64,000 bases of DNA from Phoronis australis. Lineage: Eukaryota > Animalia > Phoronida. Shown here in pieces: positions 25,060-38,800 of this stretch (within the stretch, counting starts at the first letter, position 1; each line of letters opens with the position of its first letter). The position numbers and the translations under genes are program-made. The stretch is from NCBI GenBank assembly GCA_002633005.1, contig NMRA01000270.1:78617-142616 (forward strand), in the 5' to 3' direction. The notes under the pieces are model-generated. The model ran no database searches, had not been told where the DNA came from, and saw nothing but the letters and a program-made list of their open reading frames with translations.

Positions 25060-25920
25060 TGAAGTGTCCAACAGGGGGTGCTACGGTTGTCAAATCTCTG
25101 AAAATCAACTAGAGCTGGCTCAACCTAGCTTATAAACCCTGACTTCTCAAGCCACGTTGACAATAATCAAAGGACAAGAAACAAATTATTAAAAACAACA
25201 GAAGTCAATTTGACCGAAAATCATCACTGCCCACACATACCCTTCAAACTTGTGTCATTATGTTGATAAAAAACTGTCAAACCAACAGGGGATGCCGCAG
25301 CAGAAAATCTGTCCAAAAGTCGACTTGTGGCAGGAAATCTAAGTGTAAACATTGAAGTCATAGTTTAGTCAAAATAACAATAATCAACTAACACGCAAAT
25401 CTAAATGCAAAAATGAAATTGCCAAAAGTGGTGATAGGGTATTCAATTCTGTCTGCAATGCAAATGGTACTGGTAAATTCCCACCACATATACCTCTGCA
25501 TGACCTTTTACCAAAATACATCAAGTCATTTCACCAAACATTGTTAACAAAGATATGTTTTAGAAATACAACAATCTGTATTTAAAGCCTAAAAAATGTA
25601 GAAAGTTCTATGAAGTTTGAGTTGCCATCATTAACTAAAATGGCCAACAGGGGTGCCACTTTAGTTGAATCTGTGCGTAAATCAACTGCTGATGTTGCAT
25701 CCCACCAAATACCTGTGTTAAGTTGTCACATCGTTTCACCAAAAATTGACAGACAAGGAATTTCTTGCCAAAAATTAAAATGGCCAACAGGAGGTGCTAC
25801 AGTAGATGAATCCCTCCAAAACAACGACCAGTGCTAGCACATTCCTATCACACCATTGTGTGTCAAATTTCACCAAGATCCGAGAAGTGGTTTTCGAGAT
25901 AACCAACAGACAAGCAAAGG
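25060..25920 (+). mobile_element. Old, degenerate relative of the HINE-like tandem-array element
   Basis: Recurrent ccaacagg(g/a)ggtgc(t/c)ac units near 25068, 25282, 25643 and 25784, plus the typical aaatttcaccaagatcc...ggttttcgagata tail. Confidence 0.55.
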
Positions 25921-28900
25921 TAATATCGAACACACAGCATGCTGACAACATGTGATGACAATATTTTTGAGGGCCCCATAAGAAGTGAAAGAAATCGAAT
26001 TTAATTAAAAGCTATCCATTCTCACATAAAACAATACTGGATCCAAAACAATGTCGATTAATGCCATTGCACTCCAGCTGGAATGACTGAATCATGCCTC
26101 CCCCTGAACCTTGACAATTGTATACATATTCTCATTGAAAAAATAACACCACTAAGATTTAACAAGTGACCAAGTTTTTGTCACTCAGTTTATAACACTG
26201 TATGCACAACAATCTTTCCAAGCCTGACTAGGTACAAATTCTCTCATGGAATGAGGGCATTTAGTCCCTGATTCCTTGACGAAATCATTGATTTTCACAA
26301 TTTTTCATGATTTTAACAAACACTTTTAATTGATTACGAAATACAATTGTAAAATGTGTAACCTGAAATCATGATTTATTCATATTCAAGAAAAATTAAC
26401 AAGTTCTGAAGTCAAGCTTTAACTGCCAAGTTATTTCATAAATAATTCCCTAAACAACAAGTCTAAATAATGAAGTTTAATACTTGGCTTGTTACGTGAC
26501 ATTACAGCTTGTTATGTAACATTACAAGGAAAGTGCATAATTTGAAAAAATTCAAACAAAGAGACAACAAAAAAATATTTCCAAAGTCTGTCTCCAAAAA
26601 GTGTAAAAACAACATGTAACGGTGCGCAAACTGAAAACGGAAAAATGATAGACAAAGTTCCTGTTTGATCTGACAGCACTCATTGTTCTAGACAGTCGTA
26701 AAATTCAATAAAATGATTATAGTTGTGCTAATTATAAATACAGTAAAGCAGGTTGGCTTACCAGTTAGTAAGTAATGTAAATCCACTTGTTAACTCTTCT
26801 TATTGATCGCACATGAGGGAATCAATAGACTAAGTAAGTTTTAATAAGTTCACAAACACATTAAGTGTTTGCTGACTTACACTAATCAATTCTGTGGCCA
26901 GTGTTTATCTAAAAACCCAGACTGCATTGAATTAAATTCATAAACAACACAGGCATCATAAAAATATTACGCAATGTGATATCTATATATATAGATATAG
27001 ATATATACCTGTGGAGTAATGCGTTTTATGTACTAAGTTTTAAATAAGCATCACTACATCTGATGAAAATAATACATTTGAAAACAAACCAATACACCAG
27101 ATGAATTTTAAAAATATTGTACAATCCCCCCAATTTAGGACAGAGTATGGCTGACAAGTGAAATTCTACTTTATTTGTTCATAAATGATCAGTAACATCA
27201 AATAAAGGCTATATCATTTTAAAGGTCTATACCAAAGCTATCATCCGATAATGATTCTGAGACGTAGGCAAAGCCTTTTAAAAATCAAATGAAAATTTTC
27301 AATTATTTTTGCCCAAAATTGGTGAGATTTTACCCCATTGCTATTGGCCAGTTCGCCCTTTGCCGGACCCTGAATAATGTCAGTTAGTTCAGGGAGTGAC
27401 GCTCAAACAATGCACCACTTGGGGGCCTGGATGACAAAATTGTCCAACATCGAAATTCCCAATGCAAAAGTCTGTGAACTTCAGACAACCTAGCTGCAAT
27501 TAGTTCTACCATGGTCTCCCATTTGGCTAGTAGCCATATTGCCTTTGGAACAAAAACTGGAGCACCTCATTATAAATAATATCCGATATTAATCTTGCGC
27601 AGCTCTACCTGCAACCTTAAGCAGCAAATGGTCAGAAAAAGTTGTAATTTCTACAACAAAAGATGTTGAATTGAATGTTTTAACAAATAAAATTAAACAT
27701 CATATACCTGAAATCAAACACCTCTCCAATAAAGCAGAATAGCCAAATAACCTCTACCCCAAATTTTCAATTTTGGTAAACATTTAGATTAACACCCATA
27801 ATCATCAACACTCACTTCCCAAGTAATGTGCAATATATGAATTGTAATATTGCTCAGCTGCAGTTATAGTCACAAGAGTAAAAAGCTAAATATACCAACT
27901 GTGTGTACCCAAGACCAGTGGTCCAACAGGTCACTTGGAAAGCCTATGTTCAACTGACACAGGAACCAGCTGCCAGTGGATTACGTACATACATACCATC
28001 ACTGGCGCCATTATGCACTGTACACCAAATACACCCCAGCACTCCACTCTCACCAAGTTGAGTATGAGATGGAGGGGGAGAGGTGCAGTAATGATTAGCA
28101 ACCACTCAACACAAGGGGGAAAATCAGAGAGATGGTTTACTTAAATTTAAAGTCGTCAAATACAAACAAAAACCAAATTAGAACCATGTGATATTAGCAG
28201 ATATGTATAGACAGGTCCTCTCCCCCCCCCCCCATTTGTGACCGACCCATAACCCTCAGTACATTTTGGTTTGACCTCAAGCACACTGACTATAATGAAG
28301 TTTGGTCTTCAACTTTGTTGAGCAATGAAAGGCTGTATCTGGAAAAAAGTTTGATGAGTATTTGTCTGGAATCTCTATGAAACCCTTAAAAAAGCCTGTC
28401 TAACAGACTCATGAGAGCTTTAATTCCTAATAAGTGTGCAACTCATGGCTTTCATCAGAGCTAGGAATTAATATGAGATCCAAGTAAAAGTTTCAGCATA
28501 ACCTTGCCTTGATTATTTGTGCAGAAAATACCCAGTCTCGTGCTCTTTACTGAAGGAGACATGAAATGGTTCTTTTAACTCATGAGCATTCCACAACCTC
28601 ACTGAATGAGCTCTACAACTGATCTCATTAATTGCATGTACTCCAGTGAGTACAAAAAGGCCATTTCCATGAACAGCCCTTGACTAACTTTCATCAATCT
28701 ATTAGTTGTTGCGTCATGTGACCATGTCTTTTTAGTTAAATCTAGCAAAAAAAATGTGCATTGATAGGAAAACAACGGTATCAATAATGTGATCAAATTT
28801 TATTTGATAGCAATGTTCAAGGTGAGGTATCAAAGACACTGTTACAGATTTTTAAAGTATCATTTCATTTTTGTTGTATGCAACTTTTAAGATTTTTCAT

Positions 28901-31900
28901 GAAAATCATAAAAGCTATATTTTTGATAGCCACTCATGCTTAAACGGAACATTTCAAAACAAATATTATCAGCGTTTTTGATAATAGTCCACAAAGCAGA
29001 GTAGTCGAAAGTGTCACATGAATCCAACCCTGATCAGTCATAGCTGACATAAAATGTTCCGAAGGCAGCCATGCTTGGCCATATTTTTATAGAGACTTAC
29101 ATAAAAAAAAACTTGAAGGTGGTTTCATGGTTTCAAACAGACAGTTCGTTAGGCTCAACAAGCTTGTCTTGGCATGTCATATTATGGCCTGAGCACTCTC
29201 AAGGAATCATGATCTGTCAGTTCTTAGCAGACTCAGAAATTACTTCTCGTCTGAATAAGGATCAGATTGAGACCAATTTTACAATGGTCGAGTAAAATGC
29301 GACAAAATCAGACGTGCTGCATCTTGGCGTGAACCTGTAGACACAGTGAACATCAGTCTTCATAAAATTCCAGGAGACAATCAAAAAGGGTAGTCAGAAA
29401 GGTAACATGGAAGGAAACTTGAGTGTCAATCAGAAGAGCTGACCTAGATGGTTACCTGTGGTACAGGAGTGGCGATAGTGGTGCTGGCGATGGAGTATAC
29501 CACAAACAATATCCAACCTTGACCACACACTCATGGGAACCACTTAAACACTACAACTTTAGTTTAAGCATTAATCCTAATAACCCGCACCTGTAACAAT
29601 AAACTGCACTCATCAAGCCATCAGTAGAAGCTCTAGGAAGAAGTTGAGTCAAATGATGGCTATAGGTTGTAATTGAATCTGGAGAACACCTTGTACAGTG
29701 TGAATCTCCCCTGGACGAGGGAGAAATAAACCAATACCAGACTTCTGTGATGTCATCAACTGTAATCAGAACAGCAGAGACCCTGAAGCTGCCACGCCTT
29801 CCAATCCTGATTCAGTTAAGGCTTAACCTTAGATACCAAGTAACAGTTAGAATTAAATTTCAGAACTTCAGGAGAAAATACATTCACAGCTTTCGAAACG
29901 AGGAATATTTCCAGATCAATTACTTCGATTTCCAAAAATTCCAGGTGGAATTTTGAAATTTGGTCAACACCAGGAAGCCGAATGCGAAAAACAACATCCC
30001 AAAATTGCTGCTGGGGTTGTGGTTTCTGAAATTTCATCAAATTCTCAGTCCAAATTTCCCAAGTGACAGAATTTCTAATACTTGTGATCACAAAATTTCT
30101 GACCCGAGGGAATTTCATGATCGAACTGGGCTCAGCATTAAATCAATGCCAGCATCACCTACCGACTTTACTCCTAAAGTTTAAAAACATGATTGACCTT
30201 TCAGGAAGAGTGTAATCTACTAATGCGTGTAATGACCCAACGCTACGATTCCAACTCATTTACAAATACCTCTCGTTTGGCATCAACTCCATATGACAGA
30301 AGTTTCCAAAATCCAGATATCAATCTAGTTCATAATTAAGTATTAATTGTCTAGCCATATGTCCCACATCAGAACTCCCCCGTCAATTATCTACCAGGAT
30401 GAACACATTGAGGTGAACATACTCATACCGATGGAAGTACTGGTGAACAAATCTAATCCCATTACATCAACTTGGGTCAATTTTTATCATATTTCTTTGG
30501 GGGAAAATGAGCTTTTCCCTGATGAATTCAATTTTAAAAGATGAACAGTTAAAGCAATGCATCACTCCAATGTACGATAATGCCATTTATTTCAGCCATG
30601 CAGTGTTTCTTGCTGTTTACTCATCACTCTGCAGTGTACAATTGGAACTTATTAGATCAGTATTCATGAAAAGGCAAATTGACTATGTCAGTGTTCTTGT
30701 ACAAACCTATAGACAAATAAGATGCAAACACGCAAACTTAATTTTTAATGCAACGCAACAACAAAATCATCGTAAAACATGTCACAAAGTTCAACATTGC
30801 TTACTCCTAGGTTTTTTATATGATTGACAGCATGCAAGGTAACCTACTATATGTTGTCCATATGTAGAAAATAATTCTATTGAAGTCTATTGACTAAAAG
30901 TCAAAAGTATTGGGGTCTCAATTAAGGCATGATTCAAGTCATTTCTAACATGCACCTGTCCACAATATAAATATGGTTTATAAATCACCTTTTTGCAATT
31001 ACCATACTAGTATAGGTTCATGCCCTGGGTGCTTAAATAGGGAAATAAAAACAGAAATTTTTGGCATTCATCAAAATAAAGCACTATTTATCCTACCACA
31101 CTGCCTAATATGCCCATGCAGCTGCCTAGAAAATGCAGCGCACACAGCAAGGTTCTGCACTTCATACATCAGACCATGCCTTCAGTCAGCAACAATCACG
31201 GTCTCTCCTCATCTTGTTCCGGATTCAGACTAGAAAAGATTTCTATGTTAGAGAAGAACTGAAAGTTCTTACTTAATTCCTTATAGTTAATAATAGTCAT
31301 GGTGACTGGGGTAGTCCTCGAGTAATTTAGGAAGTAATGGCTGTCAGGGAATTCCAGGTGATTTACTTTACCTAATCTCAATTCAAACATAGGATAGGAA
31401 CGCAATGACACTGCTTTGGAAGTGCAAATATGCCTATGTAGAAAGCTGATGTTTTTAACATCAGAATACGCTTCACAGCGGCAAAATTAATGATAGCTGA
31501 ATCATTCAGGTAGAGATGATGGCAATACGCTCCCACATATGTACATTGCCACTAACTGCAGGGAGCCAGCTTCACGTAGTAGGCCCACCACGAAATGGAC
31601 CCCAGATGTTATTTCTCCGGTAACCAAGCTCTTAACATCATTATCGTGGGATGGACTATAAAACGTACATCAGCTTTACTTTACCAAACAGGTCAACAAG
31701 CATTTCCCGTAAATTAATACGCTTATTTATCCAGAAAGCATATCATTAGTGAATAGCAGGTACGTAAATCCTTTTGCAGGTTCTGTGCCCAGTTCACTGG
31801 TCAGCGATATATCACTTTCTCACTTTGGCGAAACACTGCTGTACCGTAACTGATTTTGAAATTTGTAAAAAATTTCTTCTAACTTGGGCTGTATAAAATA

Positions 31901-33969
31901 TTGTTATGACATGTCTTGATTTGTAATTGGAAGAAAGTTTGACACAGTAGACATTGTTCTGAAATATATATCTGCAAGGGTTCTATAAAATGACCTGTAT
32001 ATTAAAGACTGGCCAGACCGTACACAAGCAAATCTTGAGTTGTAATATAGTGCGCTTGTCAATGCTGAGATCAGTTCAAGCAACATGAGCAATTGTTCCA
32101 CTTTACCATTTTCAGGTGCCTAACAAGACTCTCATCCCTTGCCTGCAGTGTAGACCCTGCACAGATATTCAGTTGTTTCAATAGTATGCAAACAAAGTCA
32201 CATCATTCACTCGCAAGTAACAGTCTGGCCACTTTACTACAGATATCCTTCCAAGTTAGTTGAGCTGACTTAAGCACCCGATCAAACCGCTATCAACACA
32301 TGACATTTTGTCGATAGTTTTGCATCTAATACGACAGTTGTATGACTGCAAGACACGACATCTTTCCAAAACATTAACTGATTGGTCGTTAGTTCATTCT
32401 GTACATCGTCTGGCAGCAGGGACTCATCTAGCGCAGTCGTGGCTGGGATGGTCAGTTTTAAAAAATGACAGCTTGGACGGCATAGCCAAGACAGAAAAAA
32501 GACAGCCTGTTTCAAGACAACTTTGGCGAAAACGATGGCAAAATAAAGAATTTTGAATTTTTGATTAAAAAAATTCATTGAAACCTACAATCCATCATTT
32601 TAGTTCAATAAATATTCAGACTTAACTCAAAATTACACACAATTGCCATCTATTACATACAGTAACTATAAATGTCACAATGACAGTGGGAAATTCTACT
32701 GGCAGTCAGGTCTTGGAGGGGAATACCTTCGTTCTGTGATGTCTGGGTGAACTCATACGGAATCCTCCGCATAGCGAGTGTCAAGAAATATTGTATAGCC
32801 ATCACTAACTGCTCGTACATGGACACTTTGAAATTGAAGTACACAAACCCTAAGTGCAAAGGATTTGCCATACCCCTAACATTAGGGCCCATAATGCTAG
32901 TTACCAAAACGGAAATTAAAGGGGCAGCCAATTTGCAATAGGAGAACATACACGTTGAAAAATATACCCCAAAATTCTAGGACTGACCTGCTATCAATGT
33001 CGCTGAACATGCAAACCAGATAAAACTAAGAGCATTACTTCCTTAATTTATTCGCGAAGTTCCGGAGATATTCAAATGAATAAATAAAAAAACTTGTCAA
33101 AAATCCACCCAGGCCAAAAAACGTTTATTGATGCGCGAGAATGCAGTGCAAACTTGACGAGAAGAAAAATGATGCCTAATGTTGGTTACGTATTCAATGA
33201 CTAACATGAAAGTAATAATAAAAGCCTCAAAATACTTCAACTTTTTGTGGAATTCCTTATTGGGCGATTCAAGTTTGCCCTGTGCGTGGCACTTTGTTCT
33301 GTATATGGAAAAAATAGGTCAGCCAATCACAGGCACAGCACCTGTTACTTCAGTTGTGACCAGGCCGGGATTTCGCACCAAAATTGCAAGAAAAGAATGG
33401 TTCTTTTAAAGACTAAATTTATTGTAGCATAGTCTGAAAGATTGTGGATGACAATGGGCATGGTGTCAATTTTAACATAACGTCCATTTATAATGCACTG
33501 TAGAAGATGTTAACAAAACGACGTCCCAGCGATAACTGGCGACGCCCGAAGCTTAATTCCAGGCGACTCCAAATGGCGAGTAAAGCACTCGGAAATACGA
33601 GTGAAAATGTAGAACGAGTGTCAAATTCAAACACGGTGTTCCGGAGTTGATTGTCACCTTTTATAACACCAAATCCAGGTATACAAGTGCGACTGCAAAT
33701 ATGCTGTCGCTACAATATTTTCGAGCGGAGATTTTCGCCTGTCCAGAGCTGGTGGACCTCAGCTGTGAATTTGTTGAGGATATACATTCGCTTGTCCACT
33801 GTAGACTTCTGAATTGCAGTACTATGAAGTGTAATGAATGGTGTTGTATTCAAGGATGTATTTTTTCAATTCCTTTTGAATACAATTTCTTTGTTTTCAT
33901 CATAAGTTTAAATTATCTTTCTGAACTGCATTAAGGTAATATACTTCTCCATGATAGCAAGTAGCAGCT

Positions 33970-34230
33970 TATATTAATAAAAACAACCAGGTTTTTAATC
34001 GACTTGACATGTTTCAGTGTTATTTATTCAAACACCATCATCAGAGGAGAGAATATAGTGGCCATCTAGCAACAAGCCACTCCCTGTAACTGACTGTATC
34101 TGTGCTTCATTACTTGTTGCTGGGCCTAGCTAGGTGGCCACTATATTCTCTCTTGTGATGATGGTGTTTGAATAAATAACACTGAACATTGTCAAGTCGA
34201 TTTAAAACCGTGGTTGTTTTTATTAATATA
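33970..34230. repeat. ~100-bp inverted repeat (33970-34070 / 34129-34230), each arm carrying a hammerhead-like motif; Penelope-type repeat remnant
   Basis: tatattaataaaaacaacca...tatagtggccatctagc is mirrored by gctaggtggccactata...tggttgtttttattaatata. Confidence 0.9.
34003..34047 (-). ncRNA. Minimal type-I hammerhead ribozyme motif
   Basis: Minus strand reads cct-CTGATGA-t-GGTGTT-tgaataaat-AACACT-GAAA-catGTC-aag. Both core boxes are intact, stem II is 6 bp, stem III is a palindromic mini-stem (ACATGT), and the site is GUC. Stem I is short with one mismatch. Confidence 0.6.
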
Positions 34231-37200
34231 CTACTCTTCTTTTGAGAGCTTCAAGATAGGTTGAGTTCTGAAGTCATGCTGTGAATTATCTGTCTGAACA
34301 TGCAACTCTACACAGTTTATCTTGCAAAAAATTATTTACAGATCTTGATTTTTGCAGTCTGGTGGTGACAATGCACACATTCTGAATGGAACAAATCTTT
34401 TAATGTTTGTTTAGTTTCCTTCTTTGCCATCCTTTGAATAAGAAAAAAATGCAAACTGTGCTGAATTGCAAGGAAAATTACCTTTTTTATATGAATCATA
34501 ATTATCCCCTCAATGGAAAGGGGGAACCCCAACCTCCCCCTTCGGCGCTGCACACCTCAGAATCGCACTTCCTGCAACTCGTCATACACACGAATTTGGA
34601 CCCCCACTTTTCAAATCCCAGACGTGTCCGTCTTGTAGTGTCACGGATATTTCACTACAATGTTTATGTTACATGCTGGTATTTACTGACTGACCCAGCA
34701 AGAGAGATGGGATCAAACATTGGCTTCATCCATCCATTATTTAGGGAAGAAATCATTACATTACTATTGACTTTTGTTTTTGGTCATGTTAGTTTTCAGT
34801 CCCAAAAATGTGATAATGACCACTCGCTCCTTATTTGGAGGTCTGAAATCAAAGACCAACAAATTGACTGAGAGTGAATGTCTATATTGTATATAATTCC
34901 ACCTTGGCTGCCCATTACCATAAAAAAAGTGTTAATGCCATGGGCACTTAAGTAGGAGAGCCTGGACGTACACCTGACCTGTGATTTGACTTTGTAAAGG
35001 TAATAGAATCCGATCACCGTCAGGAATATTATGATACCGCAACGCTCCAAAAAGCTTTCCACAAAGGAAAAAGTATAAACTGCACTTCACAAAAACGTTA
35101 GAAAAAAATAAGAAAAAATAGGAAAAGTGAGACCATTGCATACTAAAGAGGTATGGCATCAAAAATATTGTTTAAACACTTCCTGACGAAAGTACCATCT
35201 TGCAAAGTCTACTACAGAAGTTTTCACTTTCCCCAAGAATGTAATTTCCAGAAATCCCAAACTCAAAATTTTTGAAATACGTGCAAAGAAAAAACGTTAT
35301 AGTCACAACAGAGTTTACAATCTCCCTAAGACTTCGATTCATGTGTGGATTCATGTGTGCATTCGCTTACTGTCATTCAGCAAAACGCTGACTGACAGGC
35401 CAGCCAGTGAAGCAAGCAATTTCCCAAAAACAATTCCAACTGTAATTTAGAATTTAATACTAGGATACCTTTACAACTAATTTTAAACAATTATGACATA
35501 TATCAATTGCTTCTTATTCTGACTGGCTGCTGCTTGAAGTCGTCATTGTTATGTTTTCATCACAAGTCAAAGGTCACATTTTCCCTATAAGATGTTTACG
35601 TGCTACATCTGTGTCCAGCTATACCAAGGAGCCGTGTTTTGCCTTGTGGGATGAAAAACAACAAAGTGAGGAGCACTTGACAAGATAGTTTTTTTTTCGA
35701 AATTTGAAATTAAAAAATTGATTCGACATCTATAGAAATTCTAAAATTTTTACAAACAAACCATAAAAATAACTGGTGAACACAGTGAATTCTGTATCAG
35801 TGGCAGATAACCACAATTCAGTAAGTTTTTCGTATTCCAGACCTCTTTAACTAGTTGAGTTTGCAAAATTGTAATGGACACAAATTCTGTTGGATTATGC
35901 CACAACATTGTAATCTGAGAAGAAATTGCAGGGTTATTTTGGGGCCGCAGCCTGCACAAACAATGACACAAACAAAAATGTTGACGCAGTGCTTCCTACA
36001 CTGTTTCATCAACTCAGGTCAGCTGGAGCATCAAAATTGTGTTTTCTTGCCAACAGGAGCAATTATTTATAGTTTCCAAAATATCTTATAAAAACGAATG
36101 ATGGTGACAAACAAACTAGATAAGAAGTATGACATAATGAGAAAATAAACACTCAAACTGTGCAGGCACTGTGACTACACTTCTAGACCCATCATTAGCA
36201 CCAAACAGAAATAGCAGACAAGTAACACACATCAAATATGCCACTGGGAACATTCCATTTCCTTGCCATCTATTAATGGGACAAACTGTAGCTTTAAATA
36301 TCCTTTCCCTCTCGCCCAATCAACTCGCTGACCTCTTTGGTTGGTAAAATATATATTTTGCTCTTTTGCACCTTTAGCACTCAAGTCAGAGCTGAGCTCA
36401 CATTTATTGCAAACATGTAGCCTTTACATTTGAAAAGGGTAATTCCTTTGTCAGATTTCAAAAAAGAGGTTTGAGTTTCACATACACGTTTACATCATGT
36501 TGCTCATGGGAAAACACAATCTTAATTTTAAATTTAATTTTAATTTATTCAATTTTAATAGTAGATAAAAAATCACAAATCAAGAGTATGGCTATCCCTG
36601 CATTAAAATTAATGGTCTATTTGTAAATTAACCCAAGATAAAAATTTAGCCATTGACATTTGTCTTCTGCAGTTTATCGGATAAAACCTGCACAAAGCAA
36701 AATACTGATAGCAGCTTGAGGACATTTTAAAAATTTAAAAGAAATAAAAAACACTGACCATAACTCAGTCGCAGACACCCACGTAATTCCTTCACAACAT
36801 GAATCTCTTATAGTGATTTTATGCATAAGTCGGCAGGGCAAAATCAATGACGGACCCACACTTCAATGACAGCATCAATGTTCAAGAAGACTGAGTGTCT
36901 CAGATAAAACTTTCTGTGATTTAGTACGTGAATACACTGGCCACTCAATTCCAGCCTTTGGCAGGAATCTTGACAAAATGCCATTAGATGTACATGCAAA
37001 ATACACCATTACCATTGATATCATATGCTATCAGGATTTAGACAAACATAATATCAAGTGCAGAACTTAGAAAAGAAAAAACACAGATTTGTATAACCAT
37101 AAATCTGTGAACACCTCCCTGTACATGTACAGTTAAAATGGACAACAGTGATAACGACTCAAAAATCGTGGTAACCCAGGGCTCTACACCGACATTCAAC

Positions 37201-37738
37201 AGCCCGACAACAGGTAGATTTTTGCTGTCAGGCACGTGAATCTCCAAAGGTGCATGCCTGATTGGCAATCTAAATTAAGTAATTGAGTTAATAGGTAATA
37301 ACTCGTCAGAACTGAGATGTTACAGAAGCCGTGTTCACGACCTCAGAATTTGAAAATTTTATGATTGAGATGGGAAATGCATTCATATAGCATACTGGCA
37401 TTATTGTCTACTGTTGTAAACATAAAAGATAATTCTTCTATCAAAATGGGAGATGAGCAAAAGAATCTGAGTCAATTGTGTGCTTAGTTGAAATCAAAAC
37501 TCCATTTACGCATTGCACTAATTTTGTCCGTGATCAAGGTGGTTAAATTTCACGGGCCTGGAAAACAGGGGGTGGGCACTGAAATTGGAAATTTCAAGAA
37601 AGAAAAGGTGGGCGCAAACATGGCCATATAATCCGAGACTAATGTTTGCCACGACCATCAATGACCTCCCAAAAGTGGAAGTCAAATAATTTGATGAAGG
37701 AGGATTAGCCTGCCATATGATTCTCATCAATTAATTAA

Positions 37739-38238
37739 AGGCCCTTTCATAATAACCTAACTCCAGTACAAGAGCATCGTCCACGCAAACTGCGAAGTTA
37801 ATTGAATCGTTCACACCAGCTTCACTAGTTAACGGCATCGAAGTAAACGAAAAGGGACGCTGTCGTCATTGAAGTAATCACAAGGTAGCGCTGATGCATC
37901 CCACACCTGCTAAAATTTTTTAATGGGACTATTTTAGAACATCTACGTTTGCTAATTGACATCAAACTTAATTCTAATTCGATTGGTGATTATTCGAGCA
38001 AAATATAAGCAACCATAAACAATGACACTACCCTTTAATTGTTGTCGATAGCAGTGGCCCCTGGTGATAACTTTGATGACACCAAGTTAACCGTTTATAC
38101 CGCACCGCAGGGCTGATGCTCTGCTGTTAAATACACCAGTTACTGCAAAGTTAACTGGCACTGTTAACTTCGATCCAGGACTGAAGTTAACTGTTCATAC
38201 TGACAGCAACTCCCCAAAACATCGACGTGTCGTTAGTA
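37739..38238. mobile_element. PIF/Harbinger-like MITE, family B copy 1 (right end truncated)
   Basis: TAA|AGGCCCTTTCAT start. Colinear with 43745-44250 and 62836-63333. Confidence 0.8.
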
Positions 38239-38737
38239 GTTGAAGACACAAACTTAAGAAAAACTGTCTTCTTTTGTTAGTAGTTCATATTCTGCAAATC
38301 TAATGATTCTATCAAAAAAACTTCCACAAGGCATTGTAATATTGCCTGGCCGTATGATGTATTGATCTATGGGAACAAAGCAGTGCTAACTTCATATATT
38401 GGTTACTGGTTACGGATTCAATTAGTTCTGCATGAAATAAAAGCCTGGAAGTACCTAAACTTCACACAGATTTATGTGTTTGCTCACTTGGCACTGAATA
38501 TTTGCCATACATGGAAAAATTGTCCCAGGAAAAACCGGGTCACCACAAACTAACAAGACTATCACGATTGTCTCTAGCTTCACTTTTTGGCCTTTGAAGG
38601 TAAACAAAGCCAAGATCTATCTCTTACAGCTGCAAGAGAAGGTAGATTCTTTTGAAAACTATATTTCTTGTAGGACAGAATGAGAGTCTGTGGCTCAGAA
38701 TATAGCTTCCGTGTCAATTTCACTCATGCAGACTTAT

Positions 38738-38800
38738 TAATGCACTGCAGAAGACTTTTTAATGCACTGCAGAAGACTTTTTAATGCACTGCAGAAGACT
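38738..38800. repeat. Short tandem repeat, 3 copies of taatgcactgcagaagact(tt)
   Basis: Read directly. Confidence 0.9.

Noticed and set aside
27695-27720. ttcag|gtatat as a recursive splice site on the minus strand (similar at ~11705)
   Set aside because: The polypyrimidine tract is weak and the donor is non-consensus; such matches are expected by chance.
34407-34871. Longest ORF in the track (154 aa)
   Set aside because: It has a non-ATG start, crosses a GC-rich MITE-like remnant, and shows no domain or splice support.
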